Shown here piece after piece: positions 26,272 through 35,163 of a stretch of 64,000 bases of DNA. Source of the stretch: Escherichia phage Ec_Makalu_003; sequence record MN882349.1; one strand, written 5' to 3'. The position numbers were made by a program, and so were the translations under genes. Each line of letters begins with the position of its first letter. The stretch's first letter is position 1. The notes beneath the pieces are model-generated. The model was not told the DNA's origin. It did not search any database and saw only the letters and a program-made list of their open reading frames with translations.

Positions 26272-26463
26272 TTATACAGTTTCGTAAACTTCCCAATGTT
26301 CAGCGCCAACACGCTTAACGAAAAGGTTTTCTTTGATGTTATTCATAAACGTCTGGATGGATTTAATGCGGTTTGAAGGTTTCCATTCTTCGTTGGCATT
26401 GCGTCGATACATCATAACATTACCAGTTCGCTTATATTCAGCAACCATTTTAAGACCACACAT
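26272..26463 (-). CDS. hypothetical protein (63 aa)
   Basis: ATG with GAGGATAAT RBS. Confidence 0.55.
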   Translation of the reverse strand: MCGLKMVAEYKRTGNVMMYRRNANEEWKPSNRIKSIQTFMNNIKENLFVKRVGAEHWEVYETV

Positions 26464-26520
26464 AATATTATCCTCAATTTGTGGGAGAGTATTACCCCTC
26501 CCAATGATTGTTATGTTATA

Positions 26521-26841
26521 TCACACAAAATGGCGTGTCAATGCTTCTTTTGCGGTTCCGCTAAGACTTTCAATCTCGCCTGGCATAACATCAACCGCCA
26601 GAACTTCTACAACATCTTCGGACCCTAACCAGTGAGTATGGCCTTTGTAGAACTTGATAACCAGACCACCTTCCTCGTCCCATTTAACGCTATCGCTAGC
26701 CCACCACACATCACCGTCGATAAAGTTGATGTAAAGCACACTACGCCACATTGAATTAATTACTTTCAATACTGCGCCTTTCATCTCTTCCACGGTATGG
26801 TCTTCCATTTTGAAGACCTCACCTACCTGAACTTTTGCCAT
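26521..26841 (-). CDS. small protein, member 6 of HxHW paralog family
   Basis: Motifs LYINFIDGD...GHTHW...VLAVDV. Confidence 0.6.
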   Translation of the reverse strand: MAKVQVGEVFKMEDHTVEEMKGAVLKVINSMWRSVLYINFIDGDVWWASDSVKWDEEGGLVIKFYKGHTHWLGSEDVVEVLAVDVMPGEIESLSGTAKEALTRHFV

Positions 26842-26858
26842 TTAGTCACCTCTCTTTA

Positions 26859-27038
26859 TTACATAACAATCACGCCAGCCGTTGAAAGTTGATGTTTCAA
26901 CTGAGCATTTTCTGCTACTGTCAAATCAATGATTTCTTGTGACGCTGCAATCATATAACCATTGGTGATATTGTTTTGCATCAGTTCAATGGTTTCTTCG
27001 TTGTAGCGGATTTTAGCGATGATTTCGTTGAAGTTCAT
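26859..27038 (-). CDS. small hypothetical protein (59 aa)
   Basis: Start MNFNEIIAK with AGGAGAATCAA RBS; the track ORF start lies in the translated leader. Confidence 0.55.
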   Translation of the reverse strand: MNFNEIIAKIRYNEETIELMQNNITNGYMIAASQEIIDLTVAENAQLKHQLSTAGVIVM

Positions 27039-27072
27039 AATTGATTCTCCTAGTTCGTTTCGGTATGTGTGC

Positions 27073-27101
27073 AGTATAGGGGATCGCCGATCCCCTGTCA
27101 A
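27073..27101 (-). promoter_or_regulatory. early promoter cassette with palindromic spacer GGGGATCGCCGATCCCC
   Basis: TTGACA-17-TATACT on minus strand; near-identical to the cassette at 20269-20297. Confidence 0.7.
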
Positions 27102-27114
27102 CAACTTTTTTGAA

Positions 27115-27591
27115 TTATTTTTCTTGATGCTCGCGCTCGTACTTTTCGAAATAAAATTCTACTGGCTGATCGTGGATTGAAAGCAAGCCAAAGCGTTTAG
27201 CCGCACGTAATCCCATGTTACGTTGAATGTACTTCTGGAAGTTCTCGCGTATACACTTACGCCAGTATTCTAAGCCCATACAGCTTTTGTAAAGATTGCA
27301 TTGCACACAAGCCGGATTCATGTTGTCAAGTATATCGTGCTCCGGTTTATGCATTCCTACAACCTTATACTTCCACGATCCATCATCATTACGGGCAATT
27401 CGTCCATTTTCATCATAGACTACTTTTGAGCGTCGCAATACTGGTTTGATGTGGTCTGCGTGCCAGCGATCCCCTAGTTCCTCGCCACAATAGGCACAAC
27501 GCCCACCGTATTTCATTTTCAGGATCTGGCGTTGCTCTTTCTTTGACAATTTTTTAGGTTTAGGGGCTTTCGCCCCTTCATTATCACACAT
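27115..27591 (-). CDS. HNH endonuclease
   Basis: CAYCG...HADHIKP...NMNPACVQCN: canonical HNH CxxC / H-x-DH / N / CxxC arrangement; start overlaps the ligase stop. Confidence 0.8.
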   Translation of the reverse strand: MCDNEGAKAPKPKKLSKKEQRQILKMKYGGRCAYCGEELGDRWHADHIKPVLRRSKVVYDENGRIARNDDGSWKYKVVGMHKPEHDILDNMNPACVQCNLYKSCMGLEYWRKCIRENFQKYIQRNMGLRAAKRFGLLSIHDQPVEFYFEKYEREHQEK

Positions 27592-29086
27592 CGAATACCT
27601 CTTTTACTGTATTTGCAGTGGTCTTGTCGTAGCGAATACGTTTGATGATTGGGAGAAATAAAGAGAACTCCGGTTCATCTTCTTTACGTGATTTGCTGCG
27701 GATATATCCGTTGCATGTCATCTCAATGACTTTTCCGATCAGGTTATGACGGTCAGCCCATAACATTTCTCGGTCGAGTTCATTTCGACGATCGAACGGA
27801 ATTACACGTTCAATACCATCATCATCTTTTTCGGTTGTGGTGTCGGTCAATCCCGATCCGGTGTTAGTCGTCATTCGTCCGCACGCACTACGGACAGTAA
27901 AACCGCCTACCTTGTTAGGATCTTTACTATGCGGATATACATCAACAATTTCCGCGTCGAAGTCAATCACTTCTTTAAATTTAACCTGATCTTTACTGCG
28001 ACGATCTTCAAATACACCATGTAAATTTTTAAGGATAATACCTTCTAATCCCATGTTGACATAACGATGATATACTTCGCGAGCTTCATCGATATTGTTA
28101 ACTACAGTGTTTTCGATTATCTGAACACGAGGATCGTTAAGTTCTTCAACAATCTGTTTTAGTTCTTCGAATCGATCTTTATATTGCTTCGTTGCTTTCT
28201 CGTTTCCGTAATACACATCACGGTCGATAACATCCCAGACAGTGTAAACAATACATTGGGCTTCTTCTTTTGGAATAGTTCCTTTCAGTGATTTGTTGAG
28301 GATACCATTTCCGGTCTGACGGTCTGCAACAACGGATTCTTTCACTGCTTCCGCTACTGGCGTTAATGGCATTTCCTCTTCTTCAAATATCCATGATAGA
28401 GTACCATCATAAACGCTCTCAACGAAGTTCTGCGCTGGTGTTTGAGAAAGGGTAGGCATATATACCAACTCACCATCTAAAACAATTCCACGGCCTCGTA
28501 GACGCTCTAAAACAGCAAACAAATCATCCAGCCCCTGATAGGTATTACCTGAACGGGTATAGATTGCTAATGTTTCTCCGTCAATATCAGCCATACCACG
28601 AGCGCCATCGCTTTTAAGTTGTGCATACGCCGGATATTTGATATTGGCAATAGTCTTATCAGAACATGACGATGCAAGGTGGCACGGCTGCTGAGGAATC
28701 AGCTTCTTCCATACCTTGTTTGCGGTGGTAGCGGAACAACCGCATTCCAGATCACGATTCAGGACCATCATTGCAACTTTAGCATCATCTTCTGACAAGC
28801 AAGTCAGAGTATCGGTAACTAGCTGTAATGCAGCATTACCAGTTACTTGACGCGTGGCAAGTTTATTTTTAAAGACCTGTAATGCACCGGATAAAGACAA
28901 TACAGACGAATAGCGAGACGGTTTATCGTATTTCTTTACGCCAAACGTAACCTGCTTGCAATATGCCAGATAAAAGCATTCTTTCAGCGTTTCATTGCTT
29001 GCAGATTCTTTCAGGATCTTTTCTTTCAGCGATGTTTTGTCAGTGGCTGCAAGCTGATTAATGATATTAAGAATTGACATTTTCAC
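27584..29086 (-). CDS. 30: ATP-dependent DNA ligase gp30
   Basis: 500 aa, alignable to T4 DNA ligase (GNAA, DGELVY, GIILKN, KFKEVID segments). Confidence 0.92.
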   Translation of the reverse strand: MKMSILNIINQLAATDKTSLKEKILKESASNETLKECFYLAYCKQVTFGVKKYDKPSRYSSVLSLSGALQVFKNKLATRQVTGNAALQLVTDTLTCLSEDDAKVAMMVLNRDLECGCSATTANKVWKKLIPQQPCHLASSCSDKTIANIKYPAYAQLKSDGARGMADIDGETLAIYTRSGNTYQGLDDLFAVLERLRGRGIVLDGELVYMPTLSQTPAQNFVESVYDGTLSWIFEEEEMPLTPVAEAVKESVVADRQTGNGILNKSLKGTIPKEEAQCIVYTVWDVIDRDVYYGNEKATKQYKDRFEELKQIVEELNDPRVQIIENTVVNNIDEAREVYHRYVNMGLEGIILKNLHGVFEDRRSKDQVKFKEVIDFDAEIVDVYPHSKDPNKVGGFTVRSACGRMTTNTGSGLTDTTTEKDDDGIERVIPFDRRNELDREMLWADRHNLIGKVIEMTCNGYIRSKSRKEDEPEFSLFLPIIKRIRYDKTTANTVKEVFDV

Positions 29087-29546
29087 CTCGTTTTGTTAAA
29101 CGTTCACGAATATCATTTAGGATACTACAAAATTCCGATTCGGTCAATATGGTCTTTAACGGATCAGTTCCACCTATGCTATGACGCAATTTCTTATTTC
29201 CGGTAGCGAGCAATGCTTTACAAAAATCTGGGTTATTTCGTGCCATCGTAACAAATGCCAGATGTACCAGTCTGTAATAATGCTCACTCATTCGATGAAT
29301 CGGGCGACCCTGAAAATATAGCATGTGATTCTCTATCTTTTCAGTCCTTCCGGTTCTTTTTGCTTTGCAGCCGTGCATCAAAAAGATTTCTCTTTGTCTC
29401 TGAGGGTTCTTAAATCTTAGCCCCTGTAAAAATCCTTCTGTGCTGTTAATATCGCAACCAAATAGACGGAATGGCCTTTTATTGAAATTACTCAACTCGC
29501 CAGATGGATAAGGTCCACCCGCATAGATATCAATTTCAGAAGTCAT
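29067..29546 (-). CDS. NADAR (YbiA-like, DUF1768) domain protein
   Basis: GELSNFNKRPF...NSTEGFLQGLRFKN...ALLATG resembles E. coli YbiA motifs (GDFSNF, TSEHYFQAQKF, LLAT). Confidence 0.65.
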   Translation of the reverse strand: MTSEIDIYAGGPYPSGELSNFNKRPFRLFGCDINSTEGFLQGLRFKNPQRQREIFLMHGCKAKRTGRTEKIENHMLYFQGRPIHRMSEHYYRLVHLAFVTMARNNPDFCKALLATGNKKLRHSIGGTDPLKTILTESEFCSILNDIRERLTKRGENVNS

Positions 29547-29700
29547 TGAAACTAATCTCGCTAATCAGAGAGAACGGATCATAATCGTCATGAGGAATAT
29601 CGATAGTAATCGAGTGAGGATTTACCCATACACCAAACTGGTCTTCTTCGGTGAATACTTCGGTATGGATTTCGTGGATGTTTACATTCATAGTTTTCAT
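29536..29700 (-). CDS. small hypothetical protein (54 aa)
   Basis: ATG with AAGGAA RBS; stop overlaps the start of the NADAR gene. Confidence 0.45.
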   Translation of the reverse strand: MKTMNVNIHEIHTEVFTEEDQFGVWVNPHSITIDIPHDDYDPFSLISEISFNDF

Positions 29701-29783
29701 AATAAAAATTCCTTAATAATCAATAACTTACAAAATCATATAGCCAAAATATAGGCGGGATTATTTCCCGCCGTTTAAACTCA

Positions 29784-30107
29784 TTAACCGTAAACTACCA
29801 CAATATTCTGTTTGTGTGTTACAGTCCATTTCAGGTCGATCTCTTCTTCCTTCTTAACGCCGTTAATAACGTCTGGATGAGGAACTTTATTCATCTTGCC
29901 GTGTGGCAGTAGAACAGTTTTACCCAGCAATTCTTTATCTACAGTTTCACCAATATCAATAATCTTACCTACCAGCGGAATCTCGCCCATAGTGCGCTTT
30001 TGCTCAATAATGATCCCCATAGAGCTTTTTACTTCGGTTCCTGCGCTTTCTGCTTTAGCTTCGATAATTACATAATCACCAAGTGCTTTAGGAGTTTTAA
30101 CGGTCAT
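29784..30107 (-). CDS. 31: co-chaperonin gp31 (GroES-like)
   Basis: 107 aa, GDYVIIEAK...ESAG...IIIEQK pattern typical of GroES/gp31; T4 synteny. Confidence 0.8.
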   Translation of the reverse strand: MTVKTPKALGDYVIIEAKAESAGTEVKSSMGIIIEQKRTMGEIPLVGKIIDIGETVDKELLGKTVLLPHGKMNKVPHPDVINGVKKEEEIDLKWTVTHKQNIVVVYG

Positions 30108-30147
30108 AATTTCTTACCTCTTCAAATCAATACAGTTTAATGATGAA

Positions 30148-30468
30148 TTATTTATAAATTTCGACGATCTGCGCTGGAGTCAGCCCGTCTACATTAATCA
30201 GACTATCAAGCCCAAAACTACGGAAACCTTCAACTGCAATTTCATATACTGGCAAAGATGTTTCTGATTCTTTACGCGGTTTTTCTACATTAGGAACTAA
30301 CCATTTTTCGTATGTTTCAAAAGGCATCAGTGCCGGATCTCGCGTGGCGATCATCTCGCGGACAGTACCATCTTTCTTAGTAAACTGCAAAGAGTGAGTA
30401 CCGACCGAAAACATTTTCTTTAGTGCTTCACGAAGTGCGATAATATCAATTTGTTCAGTCATTATCAA
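30148..30468 (-). CDS. hypothetical protein (106 aa)
   Basis: ORF between cd and gene 31. Confidence 0.55.
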   Translation of the reverse strand: MIMTEQIDIIALREALKKMFSVGTHSLQFTKKDGTVREMIATRDPALMPFETYEKWLVPNVEKPRKESETSLPVYEIAVEGFRSFGLDSLINVDGLTPAQIVEIYK

Positions 30469-30982
30469 TACCCTTCAAATCAGTCAGTAATGCTTTTGGA
30501 ATACGCGTAACCGTAATGTCAGCTTTATCCAAAATATCAGCCCAATCACGCCCACCATTTCGATCATATGTGTCGCAATAGTATAGATGTTTAATTCCAC
30601 TGTTTGCAATTGCTTTAGCGCAATCTGGACACGGTGAAGCCGTACACCACATACTAGCTCCTTCAATCGATACACCGCTACGGGCAGCAAACAAAATAGC
30701 ATTTAATTCAGCATGGATCTCGTTTTTCTGTGACCATGCACTATGCTCTGGTCGTTTTTCTGGGATCATTTTACCTTCATCATCCAGCCAACCGCTTTTA
30801 TGTGCATGACAGCTACAGTTTTCTTGTCCTGCTGGAGTACCATTAAATCCAGTAGAAATGATTCGCCCGTCTTTTTCAATTAGTGCGCCTACCTTCCACG
30901 AAACACATTTAGAGTTCTTTGCGATCAGGTAGGCGATCTGCATGTAAGTTTGTGATAACATAATATAATCCTCACATATCAA
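30455..30982 (-). CDS. cd: dCMP deaminase
   Basis: HAELNA and PCPDCAKAI zinc-binding motifs of the cytidine/dCMP deaminase family. Confidence 0.9.
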   Translation of the reverse strand: MICEDYIMLSQTYMQIAYLIAKNSKCVSWKVGALIEKDGRIISTGFNGTPAGQENCSCHAHKSGWLDDEGKMIPEKRPEHSAWSQKNEIHAELNAILFAARSGVSIEGASMWCTASPCPDCAKAIANSGIKHLYYCDTYDRNGGRDWADILDKADITVTRIPKALLTDLKGIDND

Positions 30983-31186
30983 TTAACCGTATACGCGAAA
31001 GTATTCTACTGACCCGTCGCTATACTGTTTTACATTGAATGTATTCACACCATGATTATTTCTCATGATGACATATAAACTACGACGTTCATCGCTAAAC
31101 GGCATAACTGGTGCTGGTTCAATGTCAACATTAAAACCACGTTTAGCAAGTGCTTCGCCTAATTTCTTGATTTTATCGGTAAACAT
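30983..31186 (-). CDS. small hypothetical protein (67 aa)
   Basis: ORF between pseT and cd. Confidence 0.5.
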   Translation of the reverse strand: MFTDKIKKLGEALAKRGFNVDIEPAPVMPFSDERRSLYVIMRNNHGVNTFNVKQYSDGSVEYFRVYG

Positions 31187-32064
31187 TAAAAGTCTCCGTA
31201 GTTAACCTGAAAACATTCTACACCGATTGTGCGGTACATGTCAACCACTTGGTCACGGTCATCCACTGCCAAAACAACATGATAACGTGGTGCAATTTCC
31301 GAGAAAAAGATCTCTTTCTTCACTTCATGATCTGGACGTCGATCATTAGTTTCACGTTGAAAGTGATCGCTAGGTTCAATACCCTGTTCACGCAACCATT
31401 GCAGAGTATCTTCTTCGCAAACATCCTCACGCCCTGAGCATGTAATGATACGATAACCATTATCACGATACAGTTTAAGCATTTCGATCACTTGCGGACG
31501 CGGTTTATCTTCTTTGACCTTTGTCCAGTCAAACGGATGACGACCGCCCTTATCCGCTAATGTTCCATCAATATCAAAGATCACTGCCTTTGGCAGCATG
31601 GTATTCGGTTTGTATACTTCTTGACCCATATATTCTTGCATCAGATAAAATTGGTTACGTAAATGAGATAGCGGAATTGCTTTCTCGCCGCGATAGAAAT
31701 TACGTTTCTTTAGTGTCTCAAACGGTTCATTGAACACTTGTTCAGTATACACCGCGTTAAATTCTTTTGCAAGTTCTTTGTAGAATACACGATGTTTTTC
31801 TTTCAGGTTGGTATCAGAGATAATTATACTCAATCCGCGTGATAGAGTCTCGCGAGCAATCATTCTCTGAACAGACTCTACCAGCTTTTCCTTTTCCTTA
31901 GTATATTTGTATTTCAAAGGTGAGTCAACACCAAACAACATAAGACGAAGATCATCACGATTCACATTACGATAATTACTAAACCGTTTACACGTTTCCA
32001 TAGCCCATGTAGTTTTACCGGACCCAGAACAACCAACGGTTAAAATCACTTCACATTTCGGCAT
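31186..32064 (-). CDS. pseT: polynucleotide 5'-kinase / 3'-phosphatase
   Basis: P-loop GCSGSGKTTWA, phosphatase motif VIFDIDGTLA, C-terminal WRRIGVECWQV..GDF matching T4 Pnk. Confidence 0.92.
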   Translation of the reverse strand: MPKCEVILTVGCSGSGKTTWAMETCKRFSNYRNVNRDDLRLMLFGVDSPLKYKYTKEKEKLVESVQRMIARETLSRGLSIIISDTNLKEKHRVFYKELAKEFNAVYTEQVFNEPFETLKKRNFYRGEKAIPLSHLRNQFYLMQEYMGQEVYKPNTMLPKAVIFDIDGTLADKGGRHPFDWTKVKEDKPRPQVIEMLKLYRDNGYRIITCSGREDVCEEDTLQWLREQGIEPSDHFQRETNDRRPDHEVKKEIFFSEIAPRYHVVLAVDDRDQVVDMYRTIGVECFQVNYGDF

Positions 32065-32516
32065 TATTTCTCCTTCGGTTTACACCGTTCCTCATTGAGT
32101 TCTTTGCGATAATAACACATGATCAACTTACTTTCAAGTGTATATCTCTTAATATCAGCCAACCAGACTCTAAATTTTTGGGAGTCCTCCCATGACATAG
32201 AAACTCTAGGCTTACCGTCTATTGTATCCACATTCAGGTCAATGTCAACTTTTTCTATTGGTGCTGGTAGTGGTGGATGTAATTTCGGTTCCTGTGAATA
32301 ATGGTCCAGTGTACACGAAGAAAGAGCAAATACAATAGGCACAGCGAAGACATGGATTATGGCGGTCTGAAAATTCTTATGTGTTTTCTTAAATATCCAG
32401 TGTATCACGAAAATTGAAAACACCATCAGGATAATAATGCTTGCACCTATCCACAGATAATCAACCAGATTAAAATTGCTTATCTGCTCTTGCGTAGGCA
32501 ATATTTCTATGCTCAT
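32064..32516 (-). CDS. membrane protein (hypothetical)
   Basis: Predicted TM helix near N-terminus. Confidence 0.55.
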   Translation of the reverse strand: MSIEILPTQEQISNFNLVDYLWIGASIIILMVFSIFVIHWIFKKTHKNFQTAIIHVFAVPIVFALSSCTLDHYSQEPKLHPPLPAPIEKVDIDLNVDTIDGKPRVSMSWEDSQKFRVWLADIKRYTLESKLIMCYYRKELNEERCKPKEK

Positions 32517-32836
32517 TTAGTAGCCTCCTTTAATTCTTCGGTAAACTCCTTAAATGAGTCATTAAGCTGTTTCTCTACCAACTTGGGTTTTTGTGCTACT
32601 ACATAGCCTCGTGTAGCGTCTTTCATTGCTTTGTTTTGTTCTTCTGCAAACTTAGTTCTTATTCCGTACATATCCTTTTGTAGTGAGTCTACGACCTTCA
32701 TCTTTTCATCTGTCTTTTTCTTATACTCTGTAAATTCCTGATTCAGTCGATCTACCTCCTTTTTATTTTCCCACCACATATTGCCACCTACCCCCAGCAA
32801 CACAGATATGATAACAATGTATATCAGCTTTGACAT
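32513..32836 (-). CDS. small membrane-anchored protein (hypothetical)
   Basis: Start MSKLIYIVIISVLL with GGGGGT RBS after terminator hairpin; N-terminal TM helix. Confidence 0.5.
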   Translation of the reverse strand: MSKLIYIVIISVLLGVGGNMWWENKKEVDRLNQEFTEYKKKTDEKMKVVDSLQKDMYGIRTKFAEEQNKAMKDATRGYVVAQKPKLVEKQLNDSFKEFTEELKEATK

Positions 32837-32850
32837 ATTACCCCCAACGA

Positions 32851-32875
32851 CAAAAGGCGGGGAACTAGCCCCGCT
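32851..32875 (-). terminator. terminator hairpin downstream of rnlA
   Basis: GCGGGGCTAGTTCCCCGCC hairpin then U-run on minus strand. Confidence 0.55.
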
Positions 32876-32880
32876 TATTA

Positions 32881-34050
32881 TTACCAATCAATCTTATCAG
32901 CCGGAATAAGTTTCTTATAATTCCGTAGATAGTAAGTTTTCATTGAATCCAGAATACGGTCATAATCAAGGCCATCAAATGCAATCATCAGACACATGAA
33001 AATATATGCTTGTGCATCACCATGTTTACGTGATTCGATAGTCGCATTTGATGCATATGTCTTTCTGTCTTCTCCAGCGTGTGCGTTATAAAATTCTGTT
33101 GCTGTCGTGAAGGCATTGCGAAGAATAGACCTGAATGCTTCCTCGAATAGCTCGATTCGTTCCAGTGCTCCCGGTTCGCCTTCATATGCAGCACGCAAAT
33201 CATCGGTTTCGCTTTCTACGACATAGTAGATCAAGTTATTAGGAAACATCGATGTATTTTTAATGTTATGCACACCAATATACCATTCACTTTTCACCTT
33301 GAACATCTGTCCGTCTTTGGTTCGTGCAACAATTCCTTCGATACCTTCTGCGGTCCGAACTTCGTCAAGAATATTGCCAAAACGCGCTGAATCAACCTGT
33401 AACGCATTTACCAGATGAGGACGTAGGATTGCGTCAGCAAATAGCATTTGATGCGGTACGTACTCTCCTGTGACGTTATGGCGTACATTCAGAAGTGTTA
33501 GCGACGGTTCAGAATATTCTACAACAATTCGGTTGCTGGGTGCTGTATATTCAAAGTTGAAAGTATAATCAGACCCAATATCAGCAATCTTAGCGCGTAG
33601 ATCCGCATACTTCTCTGAATACAGAAGACCGTTTGCTCTCTCTGCCTGGCTTGAGTACAAGGCCGCTTTAGACTTCAACTGAACATAGCCGTTATCAATG
33701 TATGTGCTTACTAGACTACCGTCCATTTTGTCCATGACCATTTCCACATCTTCCGGCTTAAAGCGAGCGCGATCATTCTCACCTAAATTAAAAAACTTCT
33801 CCATAGGACGAGATGCAATGCGGACCGGACGACCTTTATCGTCAATTTCAAACATGATCCCGCGACACTCTAACGCATCTGGTTTATTCCACATTTCCGG
33901 TTTGCTCAAGTACAGATAGCTAAAAATGCGCATACGGGTTTGCATCGCCGTAATTTCATCTTTGTAATAGAACGTATCAGATCCGTCACATAGTGCCATC
34001 AGATTTTTGAACAATGCTAAAACTTTTTTGTTGTTTTCTTTTGTTGACAT
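32881..34050 (-). CDS. rnlA: RNA ligase 1
   Basis: 389 aa alignable to T4 RnlA (ALECRGIMFE, RIASRPMEKFFNL, DGSLVSTY). Confidence 0.9.
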   Translation of the reverse strand: MSTKENNKKVLALFKNLMALCDGSDTFYYKDEITAMQTRMRIFSYLYLSKPEMWNKPDALECRGIMFEIDDKGRPVRIASRPMEKFFNLGENDRARFKPEDVEMVMDKMDGSLVSTYIDNGYVQLKSKAALYSSQAERANGLLYSEKYADLRAKIADIGSDYTFNFEYTAPSNRIVVEYSEPSLTLLNVRHNVTGEYVPHQMLFADAILRPHLVNALQVDSARFGNILDEVRTAEGIEGIVARTKDGQMFKVKSEWYIGVHNIKNTSMFPNNLIYYVVESETDDLRAAYEGEPGALERIELFEEAFRSILRNAFTTATEFYNAHAGEDRKTYASNATIESRKHGDAQAYIFMCLMIAFDGLDYDRILDSMKTYYLRNYKKLIPADKIDW

Positions 34051-34447
34051 AATTTGTGTTCCATTCTGGTTTAAATTTGGTGATCAAAACAGGTTCTTCG
34101 ATATCGGCAGTGCTTATAATATCTTTACCCGTTGGATTCTCAATATATAACTCAAAACACTGGCGGTAATAGAATGTTACTGTCTTGCCTTCCTCTAGCG
34201 CCTTATGAATATTCTTACTCTTGCGAGTATCCGCTGTTGGTGTTTGTCTGTTAATGCTAGTCCGGTAATAATTGATCCGCTTTCTTAGATTGACAGTCTG
34301 ACCAATATATACCAGTTCATCATCAACCACAATAGCGTAAAGAACATTTAAACGGTTCTTCTGAGGCGGTAGAATCACATCACCATCTTTACACTCTAAA
34401 CATGAATATTTAACGAATCCATAGTTTTCTATTAGCTCATTAATCAT
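33986..34447 (-). CDS. denA: GIY-YIG endonuclease, endonuclease II-like
   Basis: YGFVKYSCLECKDGD...LYAIVVDDELVYIGQT...RKRINYY resembles T4 EndoII; position between rnlA and nrdB as T4 denA. Confidence 0.7.
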   Translation of the reverse strand: MINELIENYGFVKYSCLECKDGDVILPPQKNRLNVLYAIVVDDELVYIGQTVNLRKRINYYRTSINRQTPTADTRKSKNIHKALEEGKTVTFYYRQCFELYIENPTGKDIISTADIEEPVLITKFKPEWNTNYVNKRKQQKSFSIVQKSDGTM

Positions 34448-34497
34448 TATCCTTTCCTCACGTCACAACAAAGGCGGGATTTCTCCCGCCCACCTTA

Positions 34498-34896
34498 TTA
34501 ACTTTCCAGAATATCGCGAGCTTCGTTACGCTCTTTGATGATTTTCAGGACAAATTCCAGTTTTTCTTTGTTCAGTGTCCCGTTTTCCATCGCTTCTTTT
34601 ACGGTGAACACTCCGCCACCTTGCCCGTATACAGTGACAGTGATTTCGCCTAACATCGTGGTATGAAAACCGCCAATTTTCGGTGATTCGAACGAAACAA
34701 TCACCTCGCGGACAGTATTACCGTCGTTGATTTCTGAGAGGGTAATGTCGTTTTTGTAGGCGGTTGCTTTAACCATACGGATCAGCATAGTCTGATCTGG
34801 GGAGATGGTCATTTTATCCATTGCATGTTGCAATGCAGCGTAACCGAAAACTTTAACGAAGTCCAGAACGTCTTTGCGAGTTTGAAATTTAATCAT
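34498..34896 (-). CDS. hypothetical protein (132 aa)
   Basis: ORF with AAGGAG RBS behind promoter cassette. Confidence 0.6.
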   Translation of the reverse strand: MIKFQTRKDVLDFVKVFGYAALQHAMDKMTISPDQTMLIRMVKATAYKNDITLSEINDGNTVREVIVSFESPKIGGFHTTMLGEITVTVYGQGGGVFTVKEAMENGTLNKEKLEFVLKIIKERNEARDILES

Positions 34897-34938
34897 CTTG
34901 ATACTCCTTAGTAAGTTAGTTTCGTTTCGATGGGGGGT

Positions 34939-34967
34939 ATATTACTACTCCCGTGATATGCTGTCAA
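34939..34967 (-). promoter_or_regulatory. early promoter cassette (TTGACA-17-TAATAT)
   Basis: Minus-strand elements, GGGAGTAG palindromic spacer. Confidence 0.6.
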
Positions 34968-34975
34968 TTGCTTTT

Positions 34976-35125
34976 TTATGCAACCGCAAACATCAACATT
35001 TGAACATTCTTGGCTGTCTGGCTTTCAAAGTTCTGACATTCTTTGATAATGTCCTCTACTTTCTCGCCAGAGATCTCCGCGTAAGTTTCGATTGCCATTT
35101 TCAGTACCGCGTCAAAGTTGTTCAT
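34976..35125 (-). CDS. small hypothetical protein (49 aa)
   Basis: ATG with AAGGAGAACCAA RBS behind promoter cassette. Confidence 0.4.
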   Translation of the reverse strand: MNNFDAVLKMAIETYAEISGEKVEDIIKECQNFESQTAKNVQMLMFAVA

Positions 35126-35163
35126 TTGGTTCTCCTTAAAGTGTATTTCGTTTCGATGGGGGT

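Noticed and set aside
19986-27110. CRISPR-like array suggested by the regularly recurring about 70 bp repeats
   Set aside because: Repeats are promoter cassettes with -35/-10 boxes and RBS, spacing is irregular (170-700 bp) and the intervening sequence encodes proteins.
33986-34447. GIY-YIG ORF first considered a seg-type homing endonuclease
   Set aside because: Size, N-terminal YGFVKYS..ELE motif and position between rnlA and nrdB fit endonuclease II (denA) better than a mobile seg gene.
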